The notes below the pieces were generated by a model that did no database searches, was not told where the DNA came from, and saw only the letters and a list, made by a program, of their open reading frames with translations. From positions 1 to 46,136 of the IMG/VR virus record IMGVR_UViG_3300009566_000070: a DNA stretch of 46,136 nt; one strand, 5' to 3'. Of the stretch, positions 27,564 through 37,230 are shown one piece after another. The translations under genes and the position numbers were made by a program. Within the stretch, counting starts at the first letter, position 1, and each line of letters begins with the position of its first letter. This stretch comes from a virus. Taxonomy: Duplodnaviria; Caudoviricetes.

Positions 27564-29581
27564 CTTTTCATCCAATTTGATTTAACAATTTTCTGTGTCG
27601 ACTTCACCGGGATCGACGGTTGATGTTTCTCTTCATTTTCGTCATCAACCCGCGGCGCCAGGATATTCACGCCGCCGCCGATCCATTGCGGCTGGGCCAG
27701 GGACCAGGACAGCAGATCGGCATCCAATAAATGGTTGGATGGGCTGATGCGCACGTAACGCGCGAGCTTTGCTTTTCCGTCCGGACGTTTTTCTTCGGCC
27801 AGGATGTGGCGCGCGTAGACTTCGTCCGTCTCTTTATGCAGGTACAGCGCGTTTGATTCCCGGTTTGCGCCGCGCTCCAGTCCGTAATGAAACATATCCT
27901 TGACCATATCGGTATTGATCAGGACGATATGAAACCAGTCGGGAAGTTTTCGCCCGGTCGGCGTCTTGATCAGGGATTCGCCCTTTTTGAAGAGGCCGGA
28001 GATCGGCCGGGATGATCCCTTGGTCCCGTACAGCTGGACGCCGCGGTAGTAATTGGCGATGATCCACCAGTACGTTTCCTCGGTCATGGACATATCGCTT
28101 TCCTTTTTACCGCCGCCCGTATCGAGCGCGGCGCGCCAGATCCGCATGGATCCTCCGCCGGCAACCGGGTATTCCGTCTCGAATAACAGCGACTCGATCT
28201 GTGCCCATGTCATCAGGTTGCCGTAATGGATCAGCCATCCGGTCAGGCCGTGGATATCGCGAGCCCACGCGCGAACCGCGAACCAAAAACCGGATTTCTG
28301 GACATCGATCCCGCAGGTGAGGGCGATGGCGGATTCCGGGGCGGTCTGGGCCGGGAGGTCGCAGCGGGATTTTAATATTTCGTCAATCTTTTTCGGTTTG
28401 GCCGCGCGTTCCTTGTAGGCTTCGGCGCAGTCCTGCGTGACCCAGACCTTCATTTTAGAGTGATCTTTTTCCCCGCGCAAACGATTGGCCGCGGCTTCGG
28501 ACATGGATTTGACGTACCAGGACGGCAGCTTAAACGCGACAACGCGCGGACGCGCGACTGGATCCAGGACGATCACATCGTCGCCGCACTTAGGGCATTT
28601 GTTTTTGCTCTTGATCAGGTCGGCATCCGTATCATGTCCGCTCCAGTCGCATTCGTCATTTGAGCATTTTCGGTTATCATCCACCCAGCCGTCATTCATC
28701 GTCGCCAGGACGGCCCGGGTTCGCATTTCATCGTCCCATTGCATCCCGCATGCCTTGCAATTGTAACGGGCCAGTTTTTCGCGCGACACTTTGCGAGGAT
28801 CGACAATATCACCCCAGCTGATATTACTCCAGACCATGCGCTGGCGCTCTCCGCATACGGGACATTTTGCGTGATAATGCCGGATGACGTCGGCGCGCTC
28901 TTTGATGGTTGTCGTAATCAGGCCGTATTCGCCGCTCGGCGATGAACAGCCGTAAAATTTATATGTGAATGTGAATGAATTTGTGCGCTCGCGGAGCGCA
29001 TCCAGGGCGATCGGTTCATCTCCCTGGGATTCCATATATTCAGGCTTGTTGATTTCGTCGGCGATAACGACTTCCATCGCGTCGGATGACAATGACGATA
29101 TCGACCCGGCCCAGACGCCGATGATGTCCATGCTGTTCCGGAAGGATATCGATGTCCGGGTAACGTCTCCAAGGATCGGCGACAGCAGCGCGGCCGTCCG
29201 CGGCGAATCCTTGATGGACTTCGATAACCGGCGCTTGAAAAAACGGACCGTGAGCTTTTCGACGGGCATGGAAACCATGGCCGCGCAAGGATCGATATCG
29301 GCCCGCTTCATCAGATAGTTGATGTAGGGCTGCGTCTTGATCGTTTGCGGCGCCGCCTGGACGTATATTTCTCTGATCCATGGCGAATCGAGCGCGTTCA
29401 TGACGCCGACCGAGCACGGAGACCGGCGATTGTCCCAGGGACTTTTCCGCCCGCCGTCGACAACGATCCGGTGTTTCTCCGCCCACTCGGCCGTGGATAT
29501 CTTTTCCGGGATGCGACAGATCCGCCGCTCTTCCTCATAAAAGCGGAAGGTTATTTTTTCTTTTTTAAGCGCCTGAGCCAT
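27560..29581 (-). CDS. Terminase large subunit (GpA family)
   Basis: EWAEKHR, Walker A-like APQTIKT, VIADE Walker B, SSPS, CPVCG/CKACG, TCGIDVQ nuclease motif, NHLLD. Confidence 0.93.
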   Translation of the reverse strand: MAQALKKEKITFRFYEEERRICRIPEKISTAEWAEKHRIVVDGGRKSPWDNRRSPCSVGVMNALDSPWIREIYVQAAPQTIKTQPYINYLMKRADIDPCAAMVSMPVEKLTVRFFKRRLSKSIKDSPRTAALLSPILGDVTRTSISFRNSMDIIGVWAGSISSLSSDAMEVVIADEINKPEYMESQGDEPIALDALRERTNSFTFTYKFYGCSSPSGEYGLITTTIKERADVIRHYHAKCPVCGERQRMVWSNISWGDIVDPRKVSREKLARYNCKACGMQWDDEMRTRAVLATMNDGWVDDNRKCSNDECDWSGHDTDADLIKSKNKCPKCGDDVIVLDPVARPRVVAFKLPSWYVKSMSEAAANRLRGEKDHSKMKVWVTQDCAEAYKERAAKPKKIDEILKSRCDLPAQTAPESAIALTCGIDVQKSGFWFAVRAWARDIHGLTGWLIHYGNLMTWAQIESLLFETEYPVAGGGSMRIWRAALDTGGGKKESDMSMTEETYWWIIANYYRGVQLYGTKGSSRPISGLFKKGESLIKTPTGRKLPDWFHIVLINTDMVKDMFHYGLERGANRESNALYLHKETDEVYARHILAEEKRPDGKAKLARYVRISPSNHLLDADLLSWSLAQPQWIGGGVNILAPRVDDENEEKHQPSIPVKSTQKIVKSNWMKR

Positions 29582-30039
29582 TAAATATTTTCCTGGGCGT
29601 AGCTGTTTTCGATAGCCATCGCTTCGACTTCGTTTAATAAAATATTGAAATCATCATACCAAGAAACCATTTTGCGCATAAGACCGGCTTGCTCCCCTTT
29701 GGCCCACAATCCCAAAATAGGAACACCAGCTCCCCATGCCGCGCAGACTTCCGCGCATGCGTCAGTTCCAGACGGACCTATGTAAATCACGAGATCGGAT
29801 TCAGTGGCGCCCTTTGTATCAAACGCAAACGAATCTTCAGCCTGATCGGTTTTTACCCATTCTTCAAAATTAATAGGCTTCACTGCGCCATGCCCTTCGC
29901 CATAATTATTTTCGATGAAAGATAAAATCTTATGACCTTTTTCACGCAGGATTGATGTCAGCATTTCAACGGCGTGCTGATTCTTCCAGCTGGACGCGAT
30001 ATAAATATTCAATTCTTTTTGTTTTAATTTTCCCATCAT
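29581..30039 (-). CDS. Nucleoside 2-deoxyribosyltransferase-like protein
   Basis: IYIASSWKN...FD......SD.VI...PSG..A..E...A.G.G.P. Confidence 0.7.
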   Translation of the reverse strand: MMGKLKQKELNIYIASSWKNQHAVEMLTSILREKGHKILSFIENNYGEGHGAVKPINFEEWVKTDQAEDSFAFDTKGATESDLVIYIGPSGTDACAEVCAAWGAGVPILGLWAKGEQAGLMRKMVSWYDDFNILLNEVEAMAIENSYAQENI

Positions 30040-30346
30040 TCCCCCTTTGGGAGCGGCCGGACCGCTCCGCTGTACATTACTTAATTATGGGTGTTATAAT
30101 TCTGTGAACAAAAATATAGCCAACAAGAGCATAATAATCTAATGGAATATGGGCAAAATCTCCGCTGTCATCAACAAACACAATTTCGTCATTTCCTACA
30201 TCAATTCCGCATGAGTTTTCTTTGTTAAAGGAAATATGTTCAGAATCTTTTGATTCCCGCTTCCATCCATTATCTATTAAAAATTTAATTATTTTCTTTT
30301 TCATAACCCCCCTTTGGGAGCGGCCGGCCGCGCCGCTGCATATTAC
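30040..30346. repeat. Direct repeat pair (~40 bp) CCCCCTTTGGGAGCGGCCGG..CGC.CCGCTG.A.ATTAC
   Basis: Copies at ~30041-30080 and ~30308-30346, each just upstream of a - strand start codon. Confidence 0.8.
30077..30304 (-). CDS. Hypothetical protein (AT-rich)
   Basis: GGGGG SD from the repeat; 75 aa. Confidence 0.55.
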   Translation of the reverse strand: MKKKIIKFLIDNGWKRESKDSEHISFNKENSCGIDVGNDEIVFVDDSGDFAHIPLDYYALVGYIFVHRIITPIIK

Positions 30347-30386
30347 CCCAATATATAGTTTTTCTTCCCGACCGCTCCCGGTTAAA

Positions 30387-30587
30387 TTATTCTGCTATGA
30401 TAACCAGCGGGCCGCCGTATAATTTCATGGCATCGTCATAATTTTCTCTATTCAATATTTCAGAACATTCTCGACAATACCAATATCCGGTTGATCGATT
30501 GTATCCGATGGCTGGTTTATTGTGGCAGACCGTCCTCGCACATTCGTTTCCCGGACCGCCCTTACTATCTACGTCTCCAATGGCCAT
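30387..30587 (-). CDS. Small Cys-rich hypothetical protein
   Basis: C.RT.C...YCREC pattern. Confidence 0.55.
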   Translation of the reverse strand: MAIGDVDSKGGPGNECARTVCHNKPAIGYNRSTGYWYCRECSEILNRENYDDAMKLYGGPLVIIAE

Positions 30588-30656
30588 AATGATCTCTTCC
30601 TTCCTGGACTATAGTGACAACTTAAAACTTAATTACTTAAATCTTAAAACTTCTTT

Positions 30657-30794
30657 TCAGTACGTTACAAATGCATTCAACAACGCCGCGGAAAACCAGT
30701 ATCCCGCATGACGGACATCGCCCTTCACCGCATACACGATCCCCGCGCAAATGCTGAGGATAATCAAAATCGTCGGAAAGAGTTTTTCAGACAT
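30657..30794 (-). CDS. Small membrane protein (45 aa, below ORF-track cut-off)
   Basis: MSEKLFPTILIILSICAGIVYAVKGDVRHAGYWFSAALLNAFVTY; start abuts the upstream stop, AGGA SD. Confidence 0.6.
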   Translation of the reverse strand: MSEKLFPTILIILSICAGIVYAVKGDVRHAGYWFSAALLNAFVTY

Positions 30795-31148
30795 TTACTT
30801 TCCTTTCGGCATTACGCTGATATCTAAATAAACACCATTATCATCAGGCGTAAGATAAAAAACCCATGCCAAACGGCCGCACGGTTTTTCCTCTGGTTGT
30901 TCATCGAATTTCTTTACCCTGGCAACACCAATAATTGATAAAGTAGCTTTCTGAATTTTATCCATCAAATGGTATGCATCAACAGCAGTATCTCTCCAGG
31001 GACATGCGATTAAATCAATGTCTCTTTTTAAACTTCCATGAACTGCAAGAGCATATCCGCAACGATATGCGACGTGCCGAAGCGCTTCAATAAGGACATC
31101 GTAATATTCTCCACACATTTCGGCTTGATGATCACATTTACGTTTCAT
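30795..31148 (-). CDS. Minimal nucleotidyltransferase-like phage protein
   Basis: GYALAVHGSLKRDIDL (GS...DxD) motif. Confidence 0.55.
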   Translation of the reverse strand: MKRKCDHQAEMCGEYYDVLIEALRHVAYRCGYALAVHGSLKRDIDLIACPWRDTAVDAYHLMDKIQKATLSIIGVARVKKFDEQPEEKPCGRLAWVFYLTPDDNGVYLDISVMPKGK

Positions 31149-31294
31149 ATTTTTTTCTCCCTGGATTCCCCGGTCAAGCCGGGGAATGACAGCTTAAAAC
31201 TTAATTACTTAAATCTTAAAACTTCGCTTCTATTCTTCCTCCGTCCGCTCCAGATCCGCAATCCCCATCCGCTACGCTTCGGGGATAATTCGCT

Positions 31295-33211
31295 CTAAGA
31301 ATCCGCATCGGCATCCTCTGCGGATTCAAGGCTCATTATCGCGTTCAGTATTTCTTTCGGGATCCTTCCGGCCAGGTCAATGCCGGAATCCATGATCAGG
31401 GAAATCAACTCCGTCTTTTTGCAGGTGTTGAACTTTCCGCGCTTCTTATTCAGGTTCTCATGCAGAAAGGCCAGCGCCTTTTCATCGGCGGCGATCCCGA
31501 GCTTATCGATGAGCTCCAGGATTTCTTTCGTTGTTTTCTTGTCGAGATAGTCCTTTGTCATTCGCCATTCTTCGGCGGCTTTGATGCCCATGTGCAGCGC
31601 CACGGCGTGACGAATTGTCGGACGCGCCGCGTTATGCCGCATGATTGTCTGAGAGGCCGCTTCTTTATGAGCTTCCAGAAGTTCAAAATAGGTCATTTTT
31701 AAGAGGCGATAAAATATTTTATCCTCATCAACGCCGCCCCAGAGCTGATTATTCTCTTCATAAAAACAATCCTGTTCTTCATCGTATCGATAAGTGTCCT
31801 GCATCCAACGAAGGGCAAATCTCTTTTTTAATTCAGTATTGGCGATCAAAAGAGATATGAGAGACATCCGGAGTATCTTATCTGTATGCTCGGCATCGGC
31901 ATAACTTAATGTCTGTACGCTTCTTGGAATCACTTCTTTGTAATATTCTTCGACAAAGAATTTTCCGTGCCAGGCGACGCGCGGAATCTCGACTTCCTGT
32001 CCGTCGGGGGCGCCGGATTTCTTCGCGTCCGCTTTTTTCTTTTCTTCTTTTTTTCCGGAAGCGATCTGCGACTTAAAACAGGACTCATCGCCAACGCAGG
32101 ATTGTTTATCCCGTATCTGAGCATCAAGTTGAATCAGTGAAACAAACGAAGAACAATCTTTACACTTGACTCCCGGCTTCCCAACCCATGAATCAAAATC
32201 GTGATGTTTGTTGGGATGGATATCGTCACAAAACCGGAAACCGTTCGTTCCGGTTTTCTTTTTAAATTCAGTTTTCCAGTTGGCCATGAGCCAGTTATTC
32301 TGATTCTGTTTAAAACATTTTACGTTGAGGCAAAGAATTTTCCCGGTCTCTTCAGCAAACATGTCGCACTGAACTTTACTGTTGGAAGAACAGGTTTCGC
32401 ACCCGGATTTTTTTGTATCAAAAAGAGCTTTGGAAAGAATAACGGCATGGTTGTCGATGCGCGATTTTAAATCTTTTATTGTCACCGGATTCCATCTTTC
32501 GCTGTCGATAATGTTTTTTGTAAATTCGATAATTTCTTTTTTATCCGGCAATCTGATCAACTGCTCGCAATGACCGTATTTGATTTTGCCTTTTTCCCAC
32601 AAGGTTAAAACTTCGGCCGGCAATCCCAGGACAGCAACACGGCGATTGATATATGAAGGTTTTATTCCGGTTCTTTCTGATAATTGAGAAACGGATTCTT
32701 TTCCGTGTTTATCCAGATAAAGTTTAAAGGATTGCGCTTCTTCGAGTTCGGTAAGATCCTCACGCTGCAGGTTCTCAATGGTCATGAGATCGAACGCTTC
32801 ATCATCGTTGATGTCGCGCACGATCGCCGGAATGGTATTTGTTTTTAATCCGCCATTGCCTCCGGCAATTTCGCAACTGGCGCGCCAGCGACGCTCTCCG
32901 GCGATGATCTCATACGGAATCTTGCCTTTGACCGGGCGGATCAGGATCGGCTCTATGACGCCGACCTTTTTGATTGACGCCATCATTTCTTCGAATTTCG
33001 GCCCGGAAAAATTCTTTCGCGGATTGAGCGGATTCGGACCGATATCGGCCAGGATGATCTCTTCATAATGACGGTCAGCGAGAGCAAGTGAAGTGCTGCT
33101 CGAGCTGCTGCCGGAATTATCCCGTGCCTTTTTACTGGCAGCGGGATCACGCTTGACACTTTTCTTTTCGACTTTTGCTTCTTTAACCTTTGGACTTTGT
33201 GCTTTATTCAT
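31295..33211 (-). CDS. ParB/RepB/Spo0J family protein with long Cys-rich C-terminal extension
   Basis: NPRK, GVIEPILIR, IIAGERRWRA (GxxRxxA CTPase motif), ENLQREDL...EEA and HTH. Confidence 0.9.
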   Translation of the reverse strand: MNKAQSPKVKEAKVEKKSVKRDPAASKKARDNSGSSSSSTSLALADRHYEEIILADIGPNPLNPRKNFSGPKFEEMMASIKKVGVIEPILIRPVKGKIPYEIIAGERRWRASCEIAGGNGGLKTNTIPAIVRDINDDEAFDLMTIENLQREDLTELEEAQSFKLYLDKHGKESVSQLSERTGIKPSYINRRVAVLGLPAEVLTLWEKGKIKYGHCEQLIRLPDKKEIIEFTKNIIDSERWNPVTIKDLKSRIDNHAVILSKALFDTKKSGCETCSSNSKVQCDMFAEETGKILCLNVKCFKQNQNNWLMANWKTEFKKKTGTNGFRFCDDIHPNKHHDFDSWVGKPGVKCKDCSSFVSLIQLDAQIRDKQSCVGDESCFKSQIASGKKEEKKKADAKKSGAPDGQEVEIPRVAWHGKFFVEEYYKEVIPRSVQTLSYADAEHTDKILRMSLISLLIANTELKKRFALRWMQDTYRYDEEQDCFYEENNQLWGGVDEDKIFYRLLKMTYFELLEAHKEAASQTIMRHNAARPTIRHAVALHMGIKAAEEWRMTKDYLDKKTTKEILELIDKLGIAADEKALAFLHENLNKKRGKFNTCKKTELISLIMDSGIDLAGRIPKEILNAIMSLESAEDADADS

Positions 33212-33212
33212 T

Positions 33213-34550
33213 TTATTCCCCCTTTAAAAAATTTTGATAATTTATTTCTTCATCCGGATGGGAAAAGATATATTCCGCGACATCCGGCTCTCTATAGACC
33301 AATTCATTAATCCGTCCGCCGACGTATTTTCCGTTTCGATAAATGGTTAGACGGTCGGCATTGTTGATGATTTTGACGGATGGATTATTTTTTAGCAGCT
33401 GGTAGAGTTCGGCGATAAGCGGATTAAGATTGCCACAGCTCGCGAGGCTCGCTTCGCAATGACATTCTTTTTGTTCCTGGACTGTAGTGACGTCTTTTCT
33501 CTTTTCACTATTCACTCTATCTCTGAGTGTTAGCGATGGGGGCAGTCCCGCCCTTATCCATACAGAAAGATCCGTCCCCAGCTTGTACGCTTCACCGGGA
33601 TCCTTGCCCTGAGGCACTGGCCAGCGTTCGCAATTTTCCGGAAATTGTTCATCCCACCAGTGCATGGCGGTCGCGCCGGCTTTGTCATAGTCCAGGGCGT
33701 TTAATATCTGCTTTGAGTTTTTTAGGATTTTAAACGTCCGCGCGTCCGGCTTCGCGTGAGACGATCCAGTGGCCACGGCGCCGGCATATTCCTGAGCTTC
33801 ATAACAGGCGATGGCATCAAGTTCTGATTCTATAGTGACAAAGGCTTCGCGCTCCGGACCGAGGATCATGATTTCGGCCGAGGATCCCGGGATGACGTAG
33901 TAACGCGGTTCACCTTCCGGCCGACGGATCCGGATTCGAAGGATAAGATTTCTCCCTTCGGTCGAAATGACATAAGGAATAACTAAACCGATCGGTATCC
34001 AGAGTTTTTTCGGCTTCCCCGTCTTGTCATGGATCTCATCAGGCAGTCCCCAGCTCTTCCGCGGGCGATAAAGATCCTTACCGTTCTCTCCAGGATTCCA
34101 TCCAAGGCGATGACGGTCCACGGCCGCGGCGCTGATCCCGCGATCTGCCAGCAATTTCATTATATCCGGATTCTGCTTAAGGTTCTCATGCGCCCAGGCG
34201 ACGAACTTTTCGGCGCGTTCCTGCCAGATCTGCGCCGGGTTTTGATGCTTGACCGGCTGGAATTCCGGCTTTTCTTTTTTCGTTGGAGCGGCAGGATGAT
34301 GAACTTGTTCCATCGTGATATTTAAATAGTCGCACGCCTCGCGGAAACTCTTCCCTTCGAAATCCCGCAGGAACTGGATCGCGTCGCCGGCTTTTCCGCA
34401 TCCGCGGCACCAGTACGTTCCTTTTTCCGGCCAGACGTGAAAACGATCGTTCCCGCCGCATCCAGGGCACGGACCTTGCCATTCCCCGCCATTGGTCGAA
34501 GAGGCTTTTTTGAGTTTTACTTTTTGAACCGCCAGATCAAAGATGTTCAT
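33213..34550 (-). CDS. Primase-like protein (zinc-binding domain + TOPRIM)
   Basis: GPCPGCGGNDRF...WCRGCGKAGDAI; ESELDA...LDYDKAG...KDPGE. Confidence 0.85.
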   Translation of the reverse strand: MNIFDLAVQKVKLKKASSTNGGEWQGPCPGCGGNDRFHVWPEKGTYWCRGCGKAGDAIQFLRDFEGKSFREACDYLNITMEQVHHPAAPTKKEKPEFQPVKHQNPAQIWQERAEKFVAWAHENLKQNPDIMKLLADRGISAAAVDRHRLGWNPGENGKDLYRPRKSWGLPDEIHDKTGKPKKLWIPIGLVIPYVISTEGRNLILRIRIRRPEGEPRYYVIPGSSAEIMILGPEREAFVTIESELDAIACYEAQEYAGAVATGSSHAKPDARTFKILKNSKQILNALDYDKAGATAMHWWDEQFPENCERWPVPQGKDPGEAYKLGTDLSVWIRAGLPPSLTLRDRVNSEKRKDVTTVQEQKECHCEASLASCGNLNPLIAELYQLLKNNPSVKIINNADRLTIYRNGKYVGGRINELVYREPDVAEYIFSHPDEEINYQNFLKGE

Positions 34551-34557
34551 GTATTTT

Positions 34558-35055
34558 TTATTTTTCCTCGATCATTAATTTCATAAACACAATCCAATGT
34601 GATCTTGAATTTTTTCCACAACGATTTCCTATAATGGGAACCGCTGGAGCCAATTTTAAAATTTGAGATACTGGAATATCGATTTCATTCCATTTAAAAA
34701 TTAAAACCCCTTCATGTTTTAATATTCTCCAGCACTCCAAAAATCCTTTACGGAGATTTTCTTTCCAATTACCTTTTAATGTTCCATATTTTTTACCCAT
34801 CCAACTATTCACCCCATTACGTAAAAGATGTGGTGGATCAAAAACAACCAATCGAAAAAATTCATCTGGAAACGGTATCTTTGTAAAATCACCTATTAGA
34901 TCAGGGTTTATTTTTATTTCTCTCCTACCTTGTCTGGTATCAACAATAAGAGTCTCTTTACGGTTATCCATAAAAACTGCACTAAGATGTTCACGATCAA
35001 ACCAAAACATTCTCCCTCCACAACAAACATCAATTATTGATTTAGATTCTAACAA
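34558..35055 (-). CDS. SAM-dependent methyltransferase (phage type, DPPH)
   Basis: IDVCCGGRMFWFD, VVFDPPHL, LIFKWNE; AT-rich. Confidence 0.85.
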   Translation of the reverse strand: MLESKSIIDVCCGGRMFWFDREHLSAVFMDNRKETLIVDTRQGRREIKINPDLIGDFTKIPFPDEFFRLVVFDPPHLLRNGVNSWMGKKYGTLKGNWKENLRKGFLECWRILKHEGVLIFKWNEIDIPVSQILKLAPAVPIIGNRCGKNSRSHWIVFMKLMIEEK

Positions 35056-35057
35056 TT

Positions 35058-35526
35058 AAACCCTCCCTAATTTCTATAACCGTATATTTTTAAAAAGCAT
35101 TTCAGTGTAAAATCCTTAATTTTTGACTTTTTTCTTTTTTTCTTTCTTTTTTATCCATCTATTTATTTTTATTTATTAATTTACGTATTAAAAAAACTCC
35201 CCCTCCGTCTATAGGGAGGGTTTGATAGTTTGTGCTTATGTTTCTATAGAATTTTTCTTCAGTACAAAATACAGGGAGAAGCTATAGGCTAAACCCTCAA
35301 CCCTCCCCAAAAATGCATGACAAAGCGAACTGTCAACAGGTATATGTACGTTAAAACAAACACTTAAAATCAGGCGTCCAAAACGGAGGGTTTTTCTAAA
35401 CCCTCCCTGTTTTCCAGCCGAAAAAGATGTTTTAGGGATACAGGGAGGGTTTGTATCTATATTTTGAAATATTTTATTTTTTATAAGTTGTCCGGTTTTC
35501 ACTTCTCAACCCTCCCTGTATCCCTA
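35058..35526. repeat. Putative replication origin: AACCCTCCC iterons in both orientations plus AT-rich tract
   Basis: Copies at 35058, 35201, 35213(rc), 35291, 35299, 35384(rc), 35398, 35442(rc) and 35508. Perfect 19-bp inverted repeat 35433-35451/35508-35526; very AT-rich 35070-35197. Confidence 0.7.
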
Positions 35527-37230
35527 TTTTTCATCTGACTCATCTAGGCTGTCGGCCAATTTGATGCCGTGGTACATAACGCAGCCTGTCGATTTGTTCT
35601 TTTCATATTTCTGGCTGAGCTGTTTACCGAACCAGGTGCCCGTCGGTTCGTTCTTTCCGATGTTGTCGTGGTACCAGCGGACGAACCGGTTGTATAAAGC
35701 GGCTCCCTTGTCCTTTGCGCCTGGTTCCCGGACGCAGCATTCATCGATGAAGTCTCCGATCATATCTTCATCCTCGCGATATTTCGCGGTGGCTTCTGTG
35801 ACGATCTTCGGCGGATTGAGGCCTTCTTTCTGCCAGAGCAGACATCCCTTGACCATCCAGCCGAGGATCCTGGCTTTTTCTTTCTCCAGCTCATTGCGGA
35901 GGTTCAGGTTTGCCCGGCGCTCAAAGGATTCGCGCGGCTCCCGGTTAACGTAAGAGATGTTGTGCGGGATCAGGTGGACGCGCTCCCAGAATGAGCGGTC
36001 GTTTGCCGGCGCGGATGGCTGGTAATTGCTTTCCAGGAATAGTGTATGCGTTGATTTGAAGTCGATCGGCCTTTTGTCGTTTGGCCAACGGCCGGTCAGG
36101 ACGTTGTTCCCGGTGTACCATTTGATCTTTGAGGTGCTGAATCGCTGGTTTTCGTCGGTCTCTGTGGCGATGGCCAGGCGCAATCCTTTAAGTTTCATGA
36201 CGTCCGGAGACGGGCCGGATGATGACTTAGCGAATTTCTGGCTCAGAAGCATTTCCGAGGGGATCGGGCCGGCCATGCCGCCCATGATTTCGCATACTGT
36301 CTCCAGGATCAGCGACCGGCCGTTCCATCCGCCCTTTCCGTAAAAAATCGGGAATACTTTTTCATGAGAACATCCGGTGATTGAGTAACCGATCAGGCGC
36401 TGGACATATTCAACGATGGATCGGTCGTCATCCGGTCCGGCGCAGTTGTAAATTTCCAGTAATGATTTGATCCAGAGCTCCGGAGGATCATCGATGCCGT
36501 GGAATTCGATCGGGCTGGCCATGGACATGTAATCGCCCGGACGTCCCGGCCTGAGTTTTCCGGTCTCCAGATCGATGACGCCGTTCGCGCAGGGGAAAAG
36601 CATCGGATGCTTGTCGAGTTCTTCGCCGTCGATCGCCATAGGATGGTCCATGGTGTGAGCCATTTCTCGGCATGCCGCGCGGCGCTTCGCCGCGGTACGC
36701 AGTCCGGAGACGCGCTTGATTAAACCGTCGGCTTTATCCTTCATGGATTTGATCGCCTCTTCGCCGGGATCCGCTCCATCTTTGATTTTTTTATTTCGCT
36801 CCGTATAAAGTTTCTTCGCTTCATCGGAATACAGAAGGGCGACCTGCTCGACAGCGGCCAGGGAACTATCCATGATATCGCGTTTCCAAAAGTGATCTCC
36901 CCAGGTGAACCATTCTTTCATGCCCTTGCTGAATACGAATTTATCGCGGAAGAGTTCGGCATAGAGCAGGGCGTCGCCGAGCTCATTCTTATTGAGGCAT
37001 TCTTTGATGAAGTCGCTGGTGATCTTTTCCTCTTTTTCGGGCGCAGGTAATTCCTGCGCTTCTTTTTCAACCCGGTCCTTGACCTGCTTGCGGATGTATT
37101 CTTCTTTCGACATTCCAGAAACGGATGCGGCAATACAGGTCAAACACATCTCATGTTCTTCGCTGGCCCCAAGAGCACCGCATTTTTTACATACCTTTTC
37201 CGGATTAATTGTAATTATCAGTTCATCCAT
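35524..37230 (-). CDS. P4-family primase/D5-like SF3 helicase
   Basis: D5_N-like region (NELGDA, FPCANGVIDL), GYSITG...F..FYG.GG.NGRS, LKGLRL...E, SFWERV..IP and C-terminal winged helix. Confidence 0.9.
   Translation of the reverse strand: MDELIITINPEKVCKKCGALGASEEHEMCLTCIAASVSGMSKEEYIRKQVKDRVEKEAQELPAPEKEEKITSDFIKECLNKNELGDALLYAELFRDKFVFSKGMKEWFTWGDHFWKRDIMDSSLAAVEQVALLYSDEAKKLYTERNKKIKDGADPGEEAIKSMKDKADGLIKRVSGLRTAAKRRAACREMAHTMDHPMAIDGEELDKHPMLFPCANGVIDLETGKLRPGRPGDYMSMASPIEFHGIDDPPELWIKSLLEIYNCAGPDDDRSIVEYVQRLIGYSITGCSHEKVFPIFYGKGGWNGRSLILETVCEIMGGMAGPIPSEMLLSQKFAKSSSGPSPDVMKLKGLRLAIATETDENQRFSTSKIKWYTGNNVLTGRWPNDKRPIDFKSTHTLFLESNYQPSAPANDRSFWERVHLIPHNISYVNREPRESFERRANLNLRNELEKEKARILGWMVKGCLLWQKEGLNPPKIVTEATAKYREDEDMIGDFIDECCVREPGAKDKGAALYNRFVRWYHDNIGKNEPTGTWFGKQLSQKYEKNKSTGCVMYHGIKLADSLDESDEK

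Noticed and set aside
35236-35502. 88-aa ORF between helicase and methyltransferase
   Set aside because: Lies over the iteron/inverted-repeat region with no protein motif; more likely non-coding origin DNA.
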